38,885 nt of DNA, taken from assembly GCA_038226115.1 (NCBI GenBank), contig JBBRQR010000001.1, positions 1 through 38,885 on the forward strand, given 5' to 3'. This document shows, piece after piece, positions 11,972-21,314 of the stretch (the stretch's first letter is position 1; the number at the start of each line of letters is the position of its first letter). Position numbers and translations under genes: made by a program. The DNA comes from Sphingomonadales bacterium (GTDB taxonomy: Bacteria; Pseudomonadota; Alphaproteobacteria; Sphingomonadales; Sphingomonadaceae). Below the pieces are notes generated by a model, which saw only the letters and a program-made list of their open reading frames with translations, had not been told where the DNA came from and ran no database searches.

Positions 11972-14900
11972 CTATCGCCCGGCGGGTCTCAACGGCGGGC
12001 TCACTGAAACTGCATCGGCTACCCAATAAAGCTGTCCGGTGGCCTTGGCGCGGAAGAAGGCCTCCATCTCTGGGCGGGTGAACGGGCGTGAGCCGACGCG
12101 CCCGAACACCGCCATCTGGTTGCCGCTTTCGTCGACGGCGCGGTCGCGGTCAAGGCCCTTCGACAGGCCCAGCGCCGGCCACGGTGTCTTCGCCCACGCG
12201 ATCAGTTCGGGGCGCGGTTCGGGAGAGAAGCCGTAGAAATTGGTCTGGCTGGCAGGCGATGTCAGCTGCAGCACCTTGAGGCCATTGGCGCCGTCCGCGA
12301 CATAGGCGAACAGCGAGGCGTTGGTCGTGCCGACGATAACGTCCTCGGCATCGCTGATCTTGCCGCCCGCCGTCTCGAGCTTGAACAACTTGGGGGCTTC
12401 GGCGCGGGTGATATCGACGATTGCGAGGCCCTGTCCCTTGGCGGCGACATAGGCATAGGTCCGCGCGAGATACAGCTTGCGCGCGTCGGCGAGCGGCACC
12501 GTCGCAGGAAGCAAGTGCGGGTGTGCCTGATCGGTCACGTCCATTACCCGCAACCCTGTCGAATCGGTGACATAGAGATAGCGAAACTGGAGCGCCGACG
12601 CTCGTGCATCGGTCAGCGGCACCGTCGTCGCGTGCTTCGGATGGAGCGGATCGCTGATGTCGATGACAACAAGTCCCGCATTGGCGGCGATATACGCATA
12701 GTTGCCGCCGAGCGTGATGTGGCGCGCGCCGTCGAGGACGTGGCCGTCGTTCCATGTCAGCGCGCGGCGGAGGAAGTTGTTGCGCGGCTCCTTGTCGGCG
12801 AGCGTCCGGACATCGACGAGGATCAGCCCCTCTTCGGCGTCGGTGACAAAGGCGTAATTATAGATCGGGTGAAACGCCTGCTCCTCGTTCAGCGCGCGAA
12901 GTTCGGCGGTATTGCGGGTCGGATCGATCGGCTGGCCGGTCGGCAGCGCCATGCAGGTGGCGTTCTTGCTGCCGACGCGCGTGTTTTGGCCGAGCGGCGA
13001 TACCGGCCCGGTCAGGATGCGTTCGGACACGCTCTTGTTGGCGATCGAGGCGACGTCATAGGCGCGGAAACCCGCCTTGCCCTCGGCGGCGAACAGATAT
13101 TCGCCGCGCAGCTGGAGGCAGTGGATCGGGCCACCGGCGCGCTTGTGGTTGTTGACGAACTGTTCGGTCGCATTGGTCTCGCCCGACCCGCGCGCCGACT
13201 TGTCGAAGATTTCGCCGCGCGTCCAATTTTTCAGCTCGCGACCGTTCTTGTCGATGTGGAGCTTGTACCAGTCGGGGTAGGCGTATTTCTGCAGGTATGA
13301 TCCGATCACCGCCTGCGGTTCGCGCCACTCGGTGACGCGGATCGCCGACAGGCCACCATCCTCGCCGACCCATGCATTCAGGCCGACGAAATTGATGTAA
13401 TTGGTCCCGAGCAGCAACAGCTGCGCCATCCACGCATTATTATCGCCTGCCTGCGACAGGTGGCAATCGGTGCAGGTCTTCGTCTCGACCCGCCGCTCGG
13501 TGTGCGGATAGTGCGGCGCGAACGCCTGGCTCGAGAAGCCGCCCGCCGAGATCGGCGGCTGTTGGACATAAATTCGGTCGCGATTGACGTTGGTCGATGA
13601 GAGCACCAGCGCCGACGTCGAGCGGACCGGCGCGATGATATTGCCCTTCGTCGTCATATGCTTGCCAAGCTGGAAGATGTCGTCGCGCGCGACTTCGGGG
13701 TTGTAGCTGGCCCAGTTGCGCGTCTCGCCGCCCTCGTATTTGTGGATGTCGGTCTTCCAGTTCGCCTCGATCGGCAGGTGGCAGCCGCCGCACGACGTCG
13801 TCCACGCAAGGTGGCACGAATAGCACGCCATATTACTGTCCGAATGCGCGCGGGCTTCGGTCGCGACTTGCTGGCCCCAGCCCATTTGCCCGTCGGTCGA
13901 GACCTTGCCCATCAGCTTTGCGCGGGCGGCCTTGGCATTATAGCGTGGACTGGCGGGGTCGACCGAGTCCTTCACAAGGCTCATTTTCCATTCGATCTTG
14001 GGATCGATGATCGATCGCTGGATGAGTGTCCGCTGCCCGTCGCGCGTCACCCATTCGAAGCGTAATTGACCATCGGGGTTCCGCAGAAGCGACAGATCCT
14101 TGCCCTCGGGCCGCGCCGCAAGGTTAGACGTTCGTAGCGTCGGATAGGTGTCGGCGGTGCCGTGGCAATCCTTGCAGCCGATCTCGACCGCATTCGCCAC
14201 TTCGCCGATGATCAATCCCGAGCCGTGGCTGTCCTGCGCGAAATGGCAGTCGGCGCACTGCATCCCGACTTCGGCGTGGATCGACATCATGTGGACCACC
14301 TTGCCCGGCTGCGCGCCGACGGGAGCGAATTTGGGCACGCCCGTCTTGCGCCATTTCTCGGGGTCGTCGGGGCTGATGATATGCGCGGTGTCGGTGCCGT
14401 ACGTCGCCATGTTGCCGGCTTCGTCGAGCAGGTTGCCGCTCCGGTCGCGCTTCAGGACCGCGCGGAAATTCCACCCGTGGCCGTGATAATCGGCGAACTG
14501 CGTGTCCTTGAGCTTCGGGTTGAGGTCGTAGACGTTGCGCAGGAACTCGGAGTCGCCCCACTTGCCATACGGCGCGGCGGCTTCGGGGTTGCGGTCGAGG
14601 ATCTCGCGCGAAACCTCGGCGTTCGGATATTTCTGCTTGTCTGGCCACATCGACGGCGCGTCGGATTCGTAGTCCCACATCGTGTAGCCAAGGTAGCTGT
14701 TCAGGAACATGTTCGGCTGATGCATGTGGCAGTTCATGCACTGCGCGGTCGGGATCGAGCGGGTGAAGGCGTGCTGGATCGGGTGGCCGCTCTCGTCGTG
14801 GGGGATCGTCGGATCGACCGTCGCGCTCATCCCGTCGCGGCCGTATTGCGCGTAGGTCAGGCTGTGGCGCGGCTCGCGGTCGTTGGCGTACACGACGTGG

Positions 14901-15943
14901 CACCCGCCGCACCCCGAGGTGCGATAATCGCCGGGCTGATCGTTGGTCCCCATGAACCACATGAACGGGTCGTTGAGGCGTGTCTTGTGGATGTTAAGGA
15001 CGGGAATCGCGACCCGAAGGCCGGTGCCGGGACCGCGATTCGACTGGCGGATGTCGGGGCGACCGGGTTCCTCGAGCCGCTGAAGCAGGCCGGTCGAGTT
15101 GGGCAGTCCGACTTCGGCAAACCCGGTCGAGACGTTGCGCCCGCCGCGCTCGAAGACGCGGAAAACATCGGCGGGCGGGACGACTTCCCACGTCGGCAGC
15201 GGCAGCAGGCGGTCGAGTGCGCCACGCTTTTTCGCGGCGTCGGTCAGCAATCCGAGATCGGCCCCGAGCGGCGCAATGCACGCGTTTTTCGGTGTCGGGG
15301 CGGTGCTGATGTCGGGCGACAACAGGCACGCCGCGTCGCCGCTGCGGGTGAACGCCTCGCCGATGACGCCGCGCTTGAACGGCAGAATGCCGTTATTGTA
15401 GCTCGCGCCTTCCCAGAACATCGCGCCGGTTGCCATGATCGAGCGTTCGGCGGCGTCGATCGTTTCCTGATGGCACGCGCCGCATGACTGGCGGGCGACG
15501 CGATAATCCGATGGATTCTTGAAGCGGATGAACTCGGGCGATTCGCGGTTCAGCAGCGTGTAGCTGCGCTTCGGATTGGCGCTCTTGGGGAAGCCCCATT
15601 CGTGTGGAAAGCGCGGCAAGACATGGGCTTCGTCGCGCAGTTGGTCGTAACGCGGATCGCTCCGCGCGACGCCGACGGGGACCGCGAGGCCAGCATTGCC
15701 GCCGTGGCAATCGACGCAGCCGAGGACGACGGCGGTCGATGCGTGCATCGTCTTCTGATCCGACGCGGTATGGCAACCGCGGCAGCTTGTGCTCTTGATC
15801 GCGGCGTCGTCCCACGTCTGATTTTGCGGGGCCGACGCCGTGATAACGCGGCTGTAATCGCGCGCGACCGGCTTTTCCTCTTCGGCTCGGCCGACGCCGG
15901 CGACTGCGAGCAGCACGAGCAGGAGTGGAGCGAAGCGGCGCAT
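11972..15943 (-). CDS. Exported decaheme c-type cytochrome with C-terminal LVIVD-like beta-propeller repeats
   Basis: Signal peptide MRRFAPLLLVLLAVAGVGRA. Ten CxxCH motifs: CRGCH, CVDCH, CGACH, CGGCH, CMNCH, CADCH, CKDCH, CYSCH, CGGCH, CTDCH. Repeats YAFVTDAEEGLILVDV, YAYIAANAGLVVIDISDP, YLYVTDSTGLRVMDVTD, YAYVAAKGQGLAIVDIT and FAYVADGANGLKVL. Confidence 0.85.
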   Translation of the reverse strand: MRRFAPLLLVLLAVAGVGRAEEEKPVARDYSRVITASAPQNQTWDDAAIKSTSCRGCHTASDQKTMHASTAVVLGCVDCHGGNAGLAVPVGVARSDPRYDQLRDEAHVLPRFPHEWGFPKSANPKRSYTLLNRESPEFIRFKNPSDYRVARQSCGACHQETIDAAERSIMATGAMFWEGASYNNGILPFKRGVIGEAFTRSGDAACLLSPDISTAPTPKNACIAPLGADLGLLTDAAKKRGALDRLLPLPTWEVVPPADVFRVFERGGRNVSTGFAEVGLPNSTGLLQRLEEPGRPDIRQSNRGPGTGLRVAIPVLNIHKTRLNDPFMWFMGTNDQPGDYRTSGCGGCHVVYANDREPRHSLTYAQYGRDGMSATVDPTIPHDESGHPIQHAFTRSIPTAQCMNCHMHQPNMFLNSYLGYTMWDYESDAPSMWPDKQKYPNAEVSREILDRNPEAAAPYGKWGDSEFLRNVYDLNPKLKDTQFADYHGHGWNFRAVLKRDRSGNLLDEAGNMATYGTDTAHIISPDDPEKWRKTGVPKFAPVGAQPGKVVHMMSIHAEVGMQCADCHFAQDSHGSGLIIGEVANAVEIGCKDCHGTADTYPTLRTSNLAARPEGKDLSLLRNPDGQLRFEWVTRDGQRTLIQRSIIDPKIEWKMSLVKDSVDPASPRYNAKAARAKLMGKVSTDGQMGWGQQVATEARAHSDSNMACYSCHLAWTTSCGGCHLPIEANWKTDIHKYEGGETRNWASYNPEVARDDIFQLGKHMTTKGNIIAPVRSTSALVLSSTNVNRDRIYVQQPPISAGGFSSQAFAPHYPHTERRVETKTCTDCHLSQAGDNNAWMAQLLLLGTNYINFVGLNAWVGEDGGLSAIRVTEWREPQAVIGSYLQKYAYPDWYKLHIDKNGRELKNWTRGEIFDKSARGSGETNATEQFVNNHKRAGGPIHCLQLRGEYLFAAEGKAGFRAYDVASIANKSVSERILTGPVSPLGQNTRVGSKNATCMALPTGQPIDPTRNTAELRALNEEQAFHPIYNYAFVTDAEEGLILVDVRTLADKEPRNNFLRRALTWNDGHVLDGARHITLGGNYAYIAANAGLVVIDISDPLHPKHATTVPLTDARASALQFRYLYVTDSTGLRVMDVTDQAHPHLLPATVPLADARKLYLARTYAYVAAKGQGLAIVDITRAEAPKLFKLETAGGKISDAEDVIVGTTNASLFAYVADGANGLKVLQLTSPASQTNFYGFSPEPRPELIAWAKTPWPALGLSKGLDRDRAVDESGNQMAVFGRVGSRPFTRPEMEAFFRAKATGQLYWVADAVSVSPPLRPAGR

Positions 15944-17763
15944 CAGTAACTCAGCGTGATATTGAGAAGCGCACTGTAGTAAATCGAATTGCGCGCCTCG
16001 TTAGTAAAAAGTTGCTTGAAGCCATCGCCCGGGACAAGCCCCGCGAGTGACGCACGGACGACGATATTTTGGGTGAATTTCGGGCGGTAAATCGTCGCCA
16101 CCGACAGATCCCAGCCGATGTCGTGGCCGATCCGCGCCTGCTGGCGGAGCGCCTCGAGGACTTCGGTCGTCGCAAACCACAAATGGTTGACGTTGCCGGT
16201 GACGCGGAACTGCGTCGTCAGGTCGGCATCGACGCCGACGCCGACGAGGATCGTGCCGGGGTTCTGGAAGTTCGACTGCCCCTCGTCCTTCGACGAGCGG
16301 AGGTCGTTCAGGACACCGTTACGGCTATTAACCGTGATCGCGCGTCCACCGCCGGCGAAGGGGATCGACTGGCGGATCCAGTAACTCGTGTCGGCCCCGG
16401 CAAAGAGCGGGTTTTCGGCGATCGCGTCGAACCCGGTTTCCTTGTTATCATACGGGTTGTTGTCGCCGCTGGCGAACAGACCGGAGACGCGGACGCGGAG
16501 ATAGTCGATGTCGTAGCTCGCCTCGGCGGCGGCGAAAAAGGCGGCGATGCGGGTTGGGCGCTGTGTGAAGATCGAATTGCGATCCTCGCCGAACGCGCCG
16601 TAGACCGAAGTCGTCAGGTTGACCCGCCCGAAGTGCCCGTCGCCGCTATAGCCCGGATAAACGACGTCATAGCTTCGGGGGCGGAGATCGCCGAGCAGCG
16701 CGGGGCGGACGGGGAAGCCGTTGCCGTCGACGTGCAGCGCGCGCTCGTGGTTGCGGTTGTAGATGATCGTAATCTGGCTGGTGAAGCCGGGGACGGGCAG
16801 GTCCTGCCGATACAGGTTGGCGATGACGATCTGGTCGTCGCGCGGCGTCTGGCGGACATCGTTGAGGCCCGAATTCGTGTCCTTCTCGAGCCGGTTGAAG
16901 ATCGCCAGATTATACTGGAATCGATTGTTGTCGCGATTGCCGAAGACGCGGACGCCGAGTTGGTTATCCTGAAACAAAAAACCACGGAAATCGCTCGAGA
17001 ACGGCTGGATACCGACGCGAACCGAGTCGAAGTCGTAGCGCGCGCTGACGTTACGCAGGTGATAGTCGACGAAAAGCTCCTGAATGCCGAAGAAGCTCGA
17101 CAGGCGATGCGGCTCGCGCGCGGGCAAGACCGACAGGACGCGGCGCTCTTCGACCTGCGCATAGGTCACATTGTACGCGAAAATACCCCGCACTTCGATC
17201 TCAGGCGGCTTGAACGCGGTCGCGCCCTTGAAGATCGATCCGCCGACGAGGAACGTCTGCGAAAAGACGAAGGCGTTATCGCGACCGAAGACGTCGAGGC
17301 TGCCGGGGCGTTGCGTGGTCTGAACGCCGACCGGAATTGGGAACGAGCGCGGCTCGACGACCGTGTCGGAAACGCCGGTCAGTGCGACGAAGCAGTCGGT
17401 CGTCCCCTTTACCGGGCGGTCGCCCTTAAGATCGTTCTGATGATACGGATCGAACCGGTTGACGCGGATGCCGAGATTGTCGGCAAGGCGGTAGCGGTCG
17501 GGGATCGGGAGCGAATCTTGCGGGAAGGCTTCGGGCGGCGGGGCGCGGACCGCGCCGGGGTTCGACTGGGTGATCGCCGGGTCATATTGGCGCGCGCGGA
17601 TGCCGGGGCGGACACGCTCAGTCGGCGCGCCGAGGGGAACGTCGCGCGCTTCGGCGGCAACGGGATCGACGTTGGTCAGCGGCGGCAGCGGCGACGGCGT
17701 CGCGCCGAGCAACAGGCAGGCATGTGCGACAAGGCCCCCCGCCGCCACTATAACCCCTGACAC
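15943..17763 (-). CDS. Hypothetical protein, probable outer-membrane beta-barrel
   Basis: Hydrophobic N-terminus, a Pro-rich linker, many alternating amphipathic strands (ELFVDYHL, FQYNLAIF, YLRVRVSGLFASGD, IGWDLSVATIYRP) and the C-terminal aromatic signature LLNITLSY. Translationally coupled to both neighbours. The exact start is uncertain. Confidence 0.7.
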   Translation of the reverse strand: MSGVIVAAGGLVAHACLLLGATPSPLPPLTNVDPVAAEARDVPLGAPTERVRPGIRARQYDPAITQSNPGAVRAPPPEAFPQDSLPIPDRYRLADNLGIRVNRFDPYHQNDLKGDRPVKGTTDCFVALTGVSDTVVEPRSFPIPVGVQTTQRPGSLDVFGRDNAFVFSQTFLVGGSIFKGATAFKPPEIEVRGIFAYNVTYAQVEERRVLSVLPAREPHRLSSFFGIQELFVDYHLRNVSARYDFDSVRVGIQPFSSDFRGFLFQDNQLGVRVFGNRDNNRFQYNLAIFNRLEKDTNSGLNDVRQTPRDDQIVIANLYRQDLPVPGFTSQITIIYNRNHERALHVDGNGFPVRPALLGDLRPRSYDVVYPGYSGDGHFGRVNLTTSVYGAFGEDRNSIFTQRPTRIAAFFAAAEASYDIDYLRVRVSGLFASGDNNPYDNKETGFDAIAENPLFAGADTSYWIRQSIPFAGGGRAITVNSRNGVLNDLRSSKDEGQSNFQNPGTILVGVGVDADLTTQFRVTGNVNHLWFATTEVLEALRQQARIGHDIGWDLSVATIYRPKFTQNIVVRASLAGLVPGDGFKQLFTNEARNSIYYSALLNITLSY

Positions 17764-19718
17764 ACGTTCTGCGCCGACGTGTCGACGAATGGTGCAACCG
17801 GACAGTTGATGTAGCGCAGCCGCGTCGGCACTGAATTGACCGTCACCTGAACCTGATCGGCGCGAATCGCGGCGGGCGCGTTGTTGATCCCGCCGACGCG
17901 GACAGCAGCGTTATTGAGGCCGAGGAACGAGATCATATTATCCTGATCGATGCCGTCGCCCGACACGCCGATGGCGCCGACGAGAGTCGTGCCGCGATAG
18001 ACGGGGACGCCGCCGGGAAAGATCTGCTCGCCGTTCGCCAGTCGCTTGGTCGTTGCCGCCGTGTTGGGCAGGAAGGAGCATTGGCGCGGGGTGTCGGGAC
18101 TGACCCCGCCTGAAGTGACGTAGCCGAGGTGCTGGACGAGGTTCTGGACGATCAGCGCACTCTGCAATCCGGTCGAAAACGGGCTGAAGTTCGCAATCGG
18201 GCGCGACAGCGGGCCATTGGGCGTGCCGAGTTGGCCGTCGGGGAAATACGGTCGCGACAGGTTACCGATCGCACTTTCGGAGAAAGCGATCGTGCCGGAC
18301 AGTGCAGCGGGGTTGTTGAGAAAGGTCCGCATCGCCGCAACGAAGGCCGTTACGTTGGGGTCGGGCATGGTGTTCGGCAGCGTCGTTGCCAACAGGTCGC
18401 TGCCCGCGTTGACGCCGGAGAAAAAGGCGACCGTGCGCGCCTTTTGCAGCGAAACGTCGGTGCCGAAGATCGGCGCGTCGGCCCCGCGCACCTGGCCCAG
18501 TACCACGCCGTTGGTGTCAACGACCGAGATTGTCACCTCGGCTCGGCTGTCGAGTGGGCGGCGGATCGCGGCGCGGGCGCGAACCATAACGGTAAACGCT
18601 TCCTCGAGCATCGCGCGGACTTCGGGTGCGGTCAGCGCCGACGCGTCGGTGCCCGCGCGGATCGGGTAGCGAGCGTGGCCTAGGCCGTCGCTAAGGACGA
18701 AGGCGTCGGTGTTCGAGAATTCGGCCGCCGTCACCGCGCGAATCCCGCTGGCCTCGGTCCCATAAGGCGTCCCGGCAATGACGCTCCCGGCGAAATAGCC
18801 GGTGATCGGCGTCAGCGCCCCGGCACCGGCTGGCAATGCGGTAGCGGCAGCCGCTGAACTCGTCTTCAAGTCGCTCAGGAGGGTGTCGGAATAGCGCAGC
18901 GTCGTGCCGTCGAGGCTGATTTTGTCGGCGGTGACCGAGGTCGACGCGTCGAAGCCGATGGTCGCGGCGAGCGCAATCGCCTCCTCGTCTGAAAGATCGA
19001 CGTCGGTGATTTCAGGGTCGAAGCCATAGTCGCCGTCGGCCATTACGCCGACTCCGCCGACCAGCGTCCCGTTCTTGTACAGCGGGAAGCCCCCGGGATC
19101 GGCGGCAAGGCCGAGCGGTGAGCGTTTCGGCCCGGTCGCCGCCGCCGGATCGCCGCCGACGGCAGTGTAGCGCTGGCTGAGGTCGGAGCACGGCAGTTGC
19201 GAAAACTGGACGCCGAACAGCGGCCCGCTTTCCAGCCCCATCGTGTTCGCCGACGGCGGAAACTCGGGCTGGACGATCTCGCTCGCGGTGCGGGTCGAAA
19301 AGGCGTTGCCGTTCGACGACAGATACGCGCCGGTGATAGCCTTGGCGATTGCCGCCGCCGCCGCCGGGACGACCGCGCCTTGCAGGTCGGTGTTGCCCGC
19401 CGTTCCCGCGCGTAGCGTCGCCGTAGTCCGCGCTCCGGTCATCGTGTAGACGGCGAGGACATTGCCGACGCGGTCGGTCACCGCAATTACCGCCGGTGTA
19501 TTGCGCGCCTGCGCCTCGGCGACCGCGCGGGCGAGGACGGCGTTGACGTCGGCGGCGCTCAGCGCGACGTTCGCCGGGACCGGCAGCAGCCCTCCGGTTG
19601 TCGGCGACGGCCCCGGTGTTGCGACCAGCGTTCCCCCGATCGGCGCGGTCCCGCTGCCGTTCGACCCGCCGCCGCACCCGGCCAGCGCCAGCAGCAACAT
19701 GAGTGCGGCGCGCTTCAC
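17748..19718 (-). CDS. Lipoprotein with two GlcG/HbpS-like heme-binding domains
   Basis: Lipobox LAGC. Domain 1: VIAVTDRVGNVL...AIAKAITG...GGFPLYKNGTLVGGVGV. Domain 2: ISVVDTNGVVL...SLQKARTV...GGVPVYRGTTLVGAIGVSGDGIDQD. Confidence 0.8.
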   Translation of the reverse strand: MKRAALMLLLALAGCGGGSNGSGTAPIGGTLVATPGPSPTTGGLLPVPANVALSAADVNAVLARAVAEAQARNTPAVIAVTDRVGNVLAVYTMTGARTTATLRAGTAGNTDLQGAVVPAAAAAIAKAITGAYLSSNGNAFSTRTASEIVQPEFPPSANTMGLESGPLFGVQFSQLPCSDLSQRYTAVGGDPAAATGPKRSPLGLAADPGGFPLYKNGTLVGGVGVMADGDYGFDPEITDVDLSDEEAIALAATIGFDASTSVTADKISLDGTTLRYSDTLLSDLKTSSAAAATALPAGAGALTPITGYFAGSVIAGTPYGTEASGIRAVTAAEFSNTDAFVLSDGLGHARYPIRAGTDASALTAPEVRAMLEEAFTVMVRARAAIRRPLDSRAEVTISVVDTNGVVLGQVRGADAPIFGTDVSLQKARTVAFFSGVNAGSDLLATTLPNTMPDPNVTAFVAAMRTFLNNPAALSGTIAFSESAIGNLSRPYFPDGQLGTPNGPLSRPIANFSPFSTGLQSALIVQNLVQHLGYVTSGGVSPDTPRQCSFLPNTAATTKRLANGEQIFPGGVPVYRGTTLVGAIGVSGDGIDQDNMISFLGLNNAAVRVGGINNAPAAIRADQVQVTVNSVPTRLRYINCPVAPFVDTSAQNVCQGL

Positions 19719-21190
19719 TGGTATCGCCGGACGGAATCGGCGACGCGGGCAAGGCTCGCTGCGACATCGGCAGGTTGGAAACGCTGCGGGTCGCGCACGG
19801 CGGCATAGGCGCGGTCGAGATCGGCTTTGACGGCCGCGCGCGTCCCCGCCGGAACCTGCTTTTCGCTTTCGAGGCTGGCAAGCAGCGTGTCGGCGGCCAT
19901 CACCGATTGCGCCGATCCCTGATAATCGGTGTACATCCGCGTCGCCGGGCCGGCCAGCACCGCCTGCATCATCGCAAATGTCTGGGCTCGGCTAAACGAC
20001 GCCGCCTCGAAGCGTGCACTGAGCGCGGCGATCGTCACGCGAAGTTTGGTGGCGGCAATTCGGGCGGGCTCACGTCCCTGCCCGATCGCTGCATGAAACG
20101 CGCGCGCGTCGGCGGTGAAACGCGCGGCGAGATCGGGGGCGGCGACCTGCGCCGCCGCTGCCAGCATCACCAGATTTTCATCGTTGAAAATCGGCGTGCC
20201 GATGGCGACTGGGCGGATCGGGTTGGCGCTGCGCTGCGGCTTCCAGCTTGGTTCGTCGGAAATCGCGCGGTGGCAACTCCGGCAGTCGTAGAAATAGAAT
20301 TCGGGGAAAGCACCGTTCTGACCGCGCGCCGAGGCGAACAATGTCAGTTGGCGTTCGAGCGCGACGGCCTGACCGACCGCCCACACCTTGATGCCACTCG
20401 GTGCCTGCTTGCGTTGGCGGTAATCGGCGTCGATCTCATGATGTTTCTGCAGCGCGGTGAACAATTCGAGCTCGAAACTGATGCGCGGGTGTCCCGCTGC
20501 CATGACCCGATGGGTGACGAATTGGTTGCCGCCGCCGCCATAGTGGCAGTCGAGGCAATTTTCGGCGCGCGCGCGGGGCCGATCGAGCGGGATCAGGCCG
20601 TGGCGGATATTATCGGCGTGGGTGCCGCGCACGGCGGTGTGGCTCGCGAGCCAGCGCTCGGCTGCACCGTGACACGCCTCGCACGTCACCCCCTCCTCCT
20701 TATGAAAGCCGGATGCGTAGCGCCCCGCAGGGGTCGAATGACAGCCGAGGCACTCGGGTGCCGAAGTCGCTGCCCCGATGCCGAGGCGTGCCGCGATCGC
20801 CTGCGACCGGGGTTCGGCAAGGACGCGGTACGCGCGGGAATGCACGCCCGTTACACTCGTCGAGTCTTGCCAGATCCGCGTCTCGTCCTGGCGTACCACG
20901 GCCCCGGTCGGGGTCTGGCGACCGTGGCAGGTGGTGCCGCCACACGACGCGACGCCCATGACGGCGCTCGCCCCTTGCACGACGATGACAGGATCGGTGG
21001 CGTCGCGGCCCTGCGCTGCCGACAACGCGAACGAAGCCGCAGTCGCTGCGGTCAACACCAAGTTACGCCATGATCCCCTCACCCGGCGTCCCCAGCTCGA
21101 GCACGGCGCAACGGTGCCGCCGACGACGCATAGCCCATTCGCCGTCGCCATTGAAAGCGTCGATCGACGTAAAACGGCATAATTGGGCAC
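19715..21190 (-). CDS. Multiheme c-type cytochrome (cytochrome c554-like domain) with helical C-terminus
   Basis: CGGTTCH (atypical), CLGCH, EGVTCEACHG, CLDCH and CRSCH. The start is uncertain (21190, ATG 21151 or GTG 21082). A signal-like segment LVLTAATAASFALSAAQG follows. Confidence 0.8.
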   Translation of the reverse strand: MPNYAVLRRSTLSMATANGLCVVGGTVAPCSSWGRRVRGSWRNLVLTAATAASFALSAAQGRDATDPVIVVQGASAVMGVASCGGTTCHGRQTPTGAVVRQDETRIWQDSTSVTGVHSRAYRVLAEPRSQAIAARLGIGAATSAPECLGCHSTPAGRYASGFHKEEGVTCEACHGAAERWLASHTAVRGTHADNIRHGLIPLDRPRARAENCLDCHYGGGGNQFVTHRVMAAGHPRISFELELFTALQKHHEIDADYRQRKQAPSGIKVWAVGQAVALERQLTLFASARGQNGAFPEFYFYDCRSCHRAISDEPSWKPQRSANPIRPVAIGTPIFNDENLVMLAAAAQVAAPDLAARFTADARAFHAAIGQGREPARIAATKLRVTIAALSARFEAASFSRAQTFAMMQAVLAGPATRMYTDYQGSAQSVMAADTLLASLESEKQVPAGTRAAVKADLDRAYAAVRDPQRFQPADVAASLARVADSVRRYQ

Positions 21191-21314
21191 CAGTCTGCCC
21201 GCGCGCGCCGCGTTAATCTTTTTGCTTTAACCTCACGGCGCGGTTAGACCCACTTGCGTGTTTTGTTGGGCTACTTGCGGAACACGGGTGTAGGCGTAGC
21301 GGGGACGGGATTTA

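Noticed and set aside
11972-17763. mtrA/mtrB or mtrC orthologues
   Set aside because: Ten hemes is a numerical coincidence. Length, heme spacing and the LVIVD-like domain differ from MtrA/MtrC, so no symbol is assigned.
21213-21247. CtrA box in the divergent promoter region
   Set aside because: The two TTAA half-sites are 10 nt apart rather than 7. Only a lone TTAACC remains, which is insufficient.
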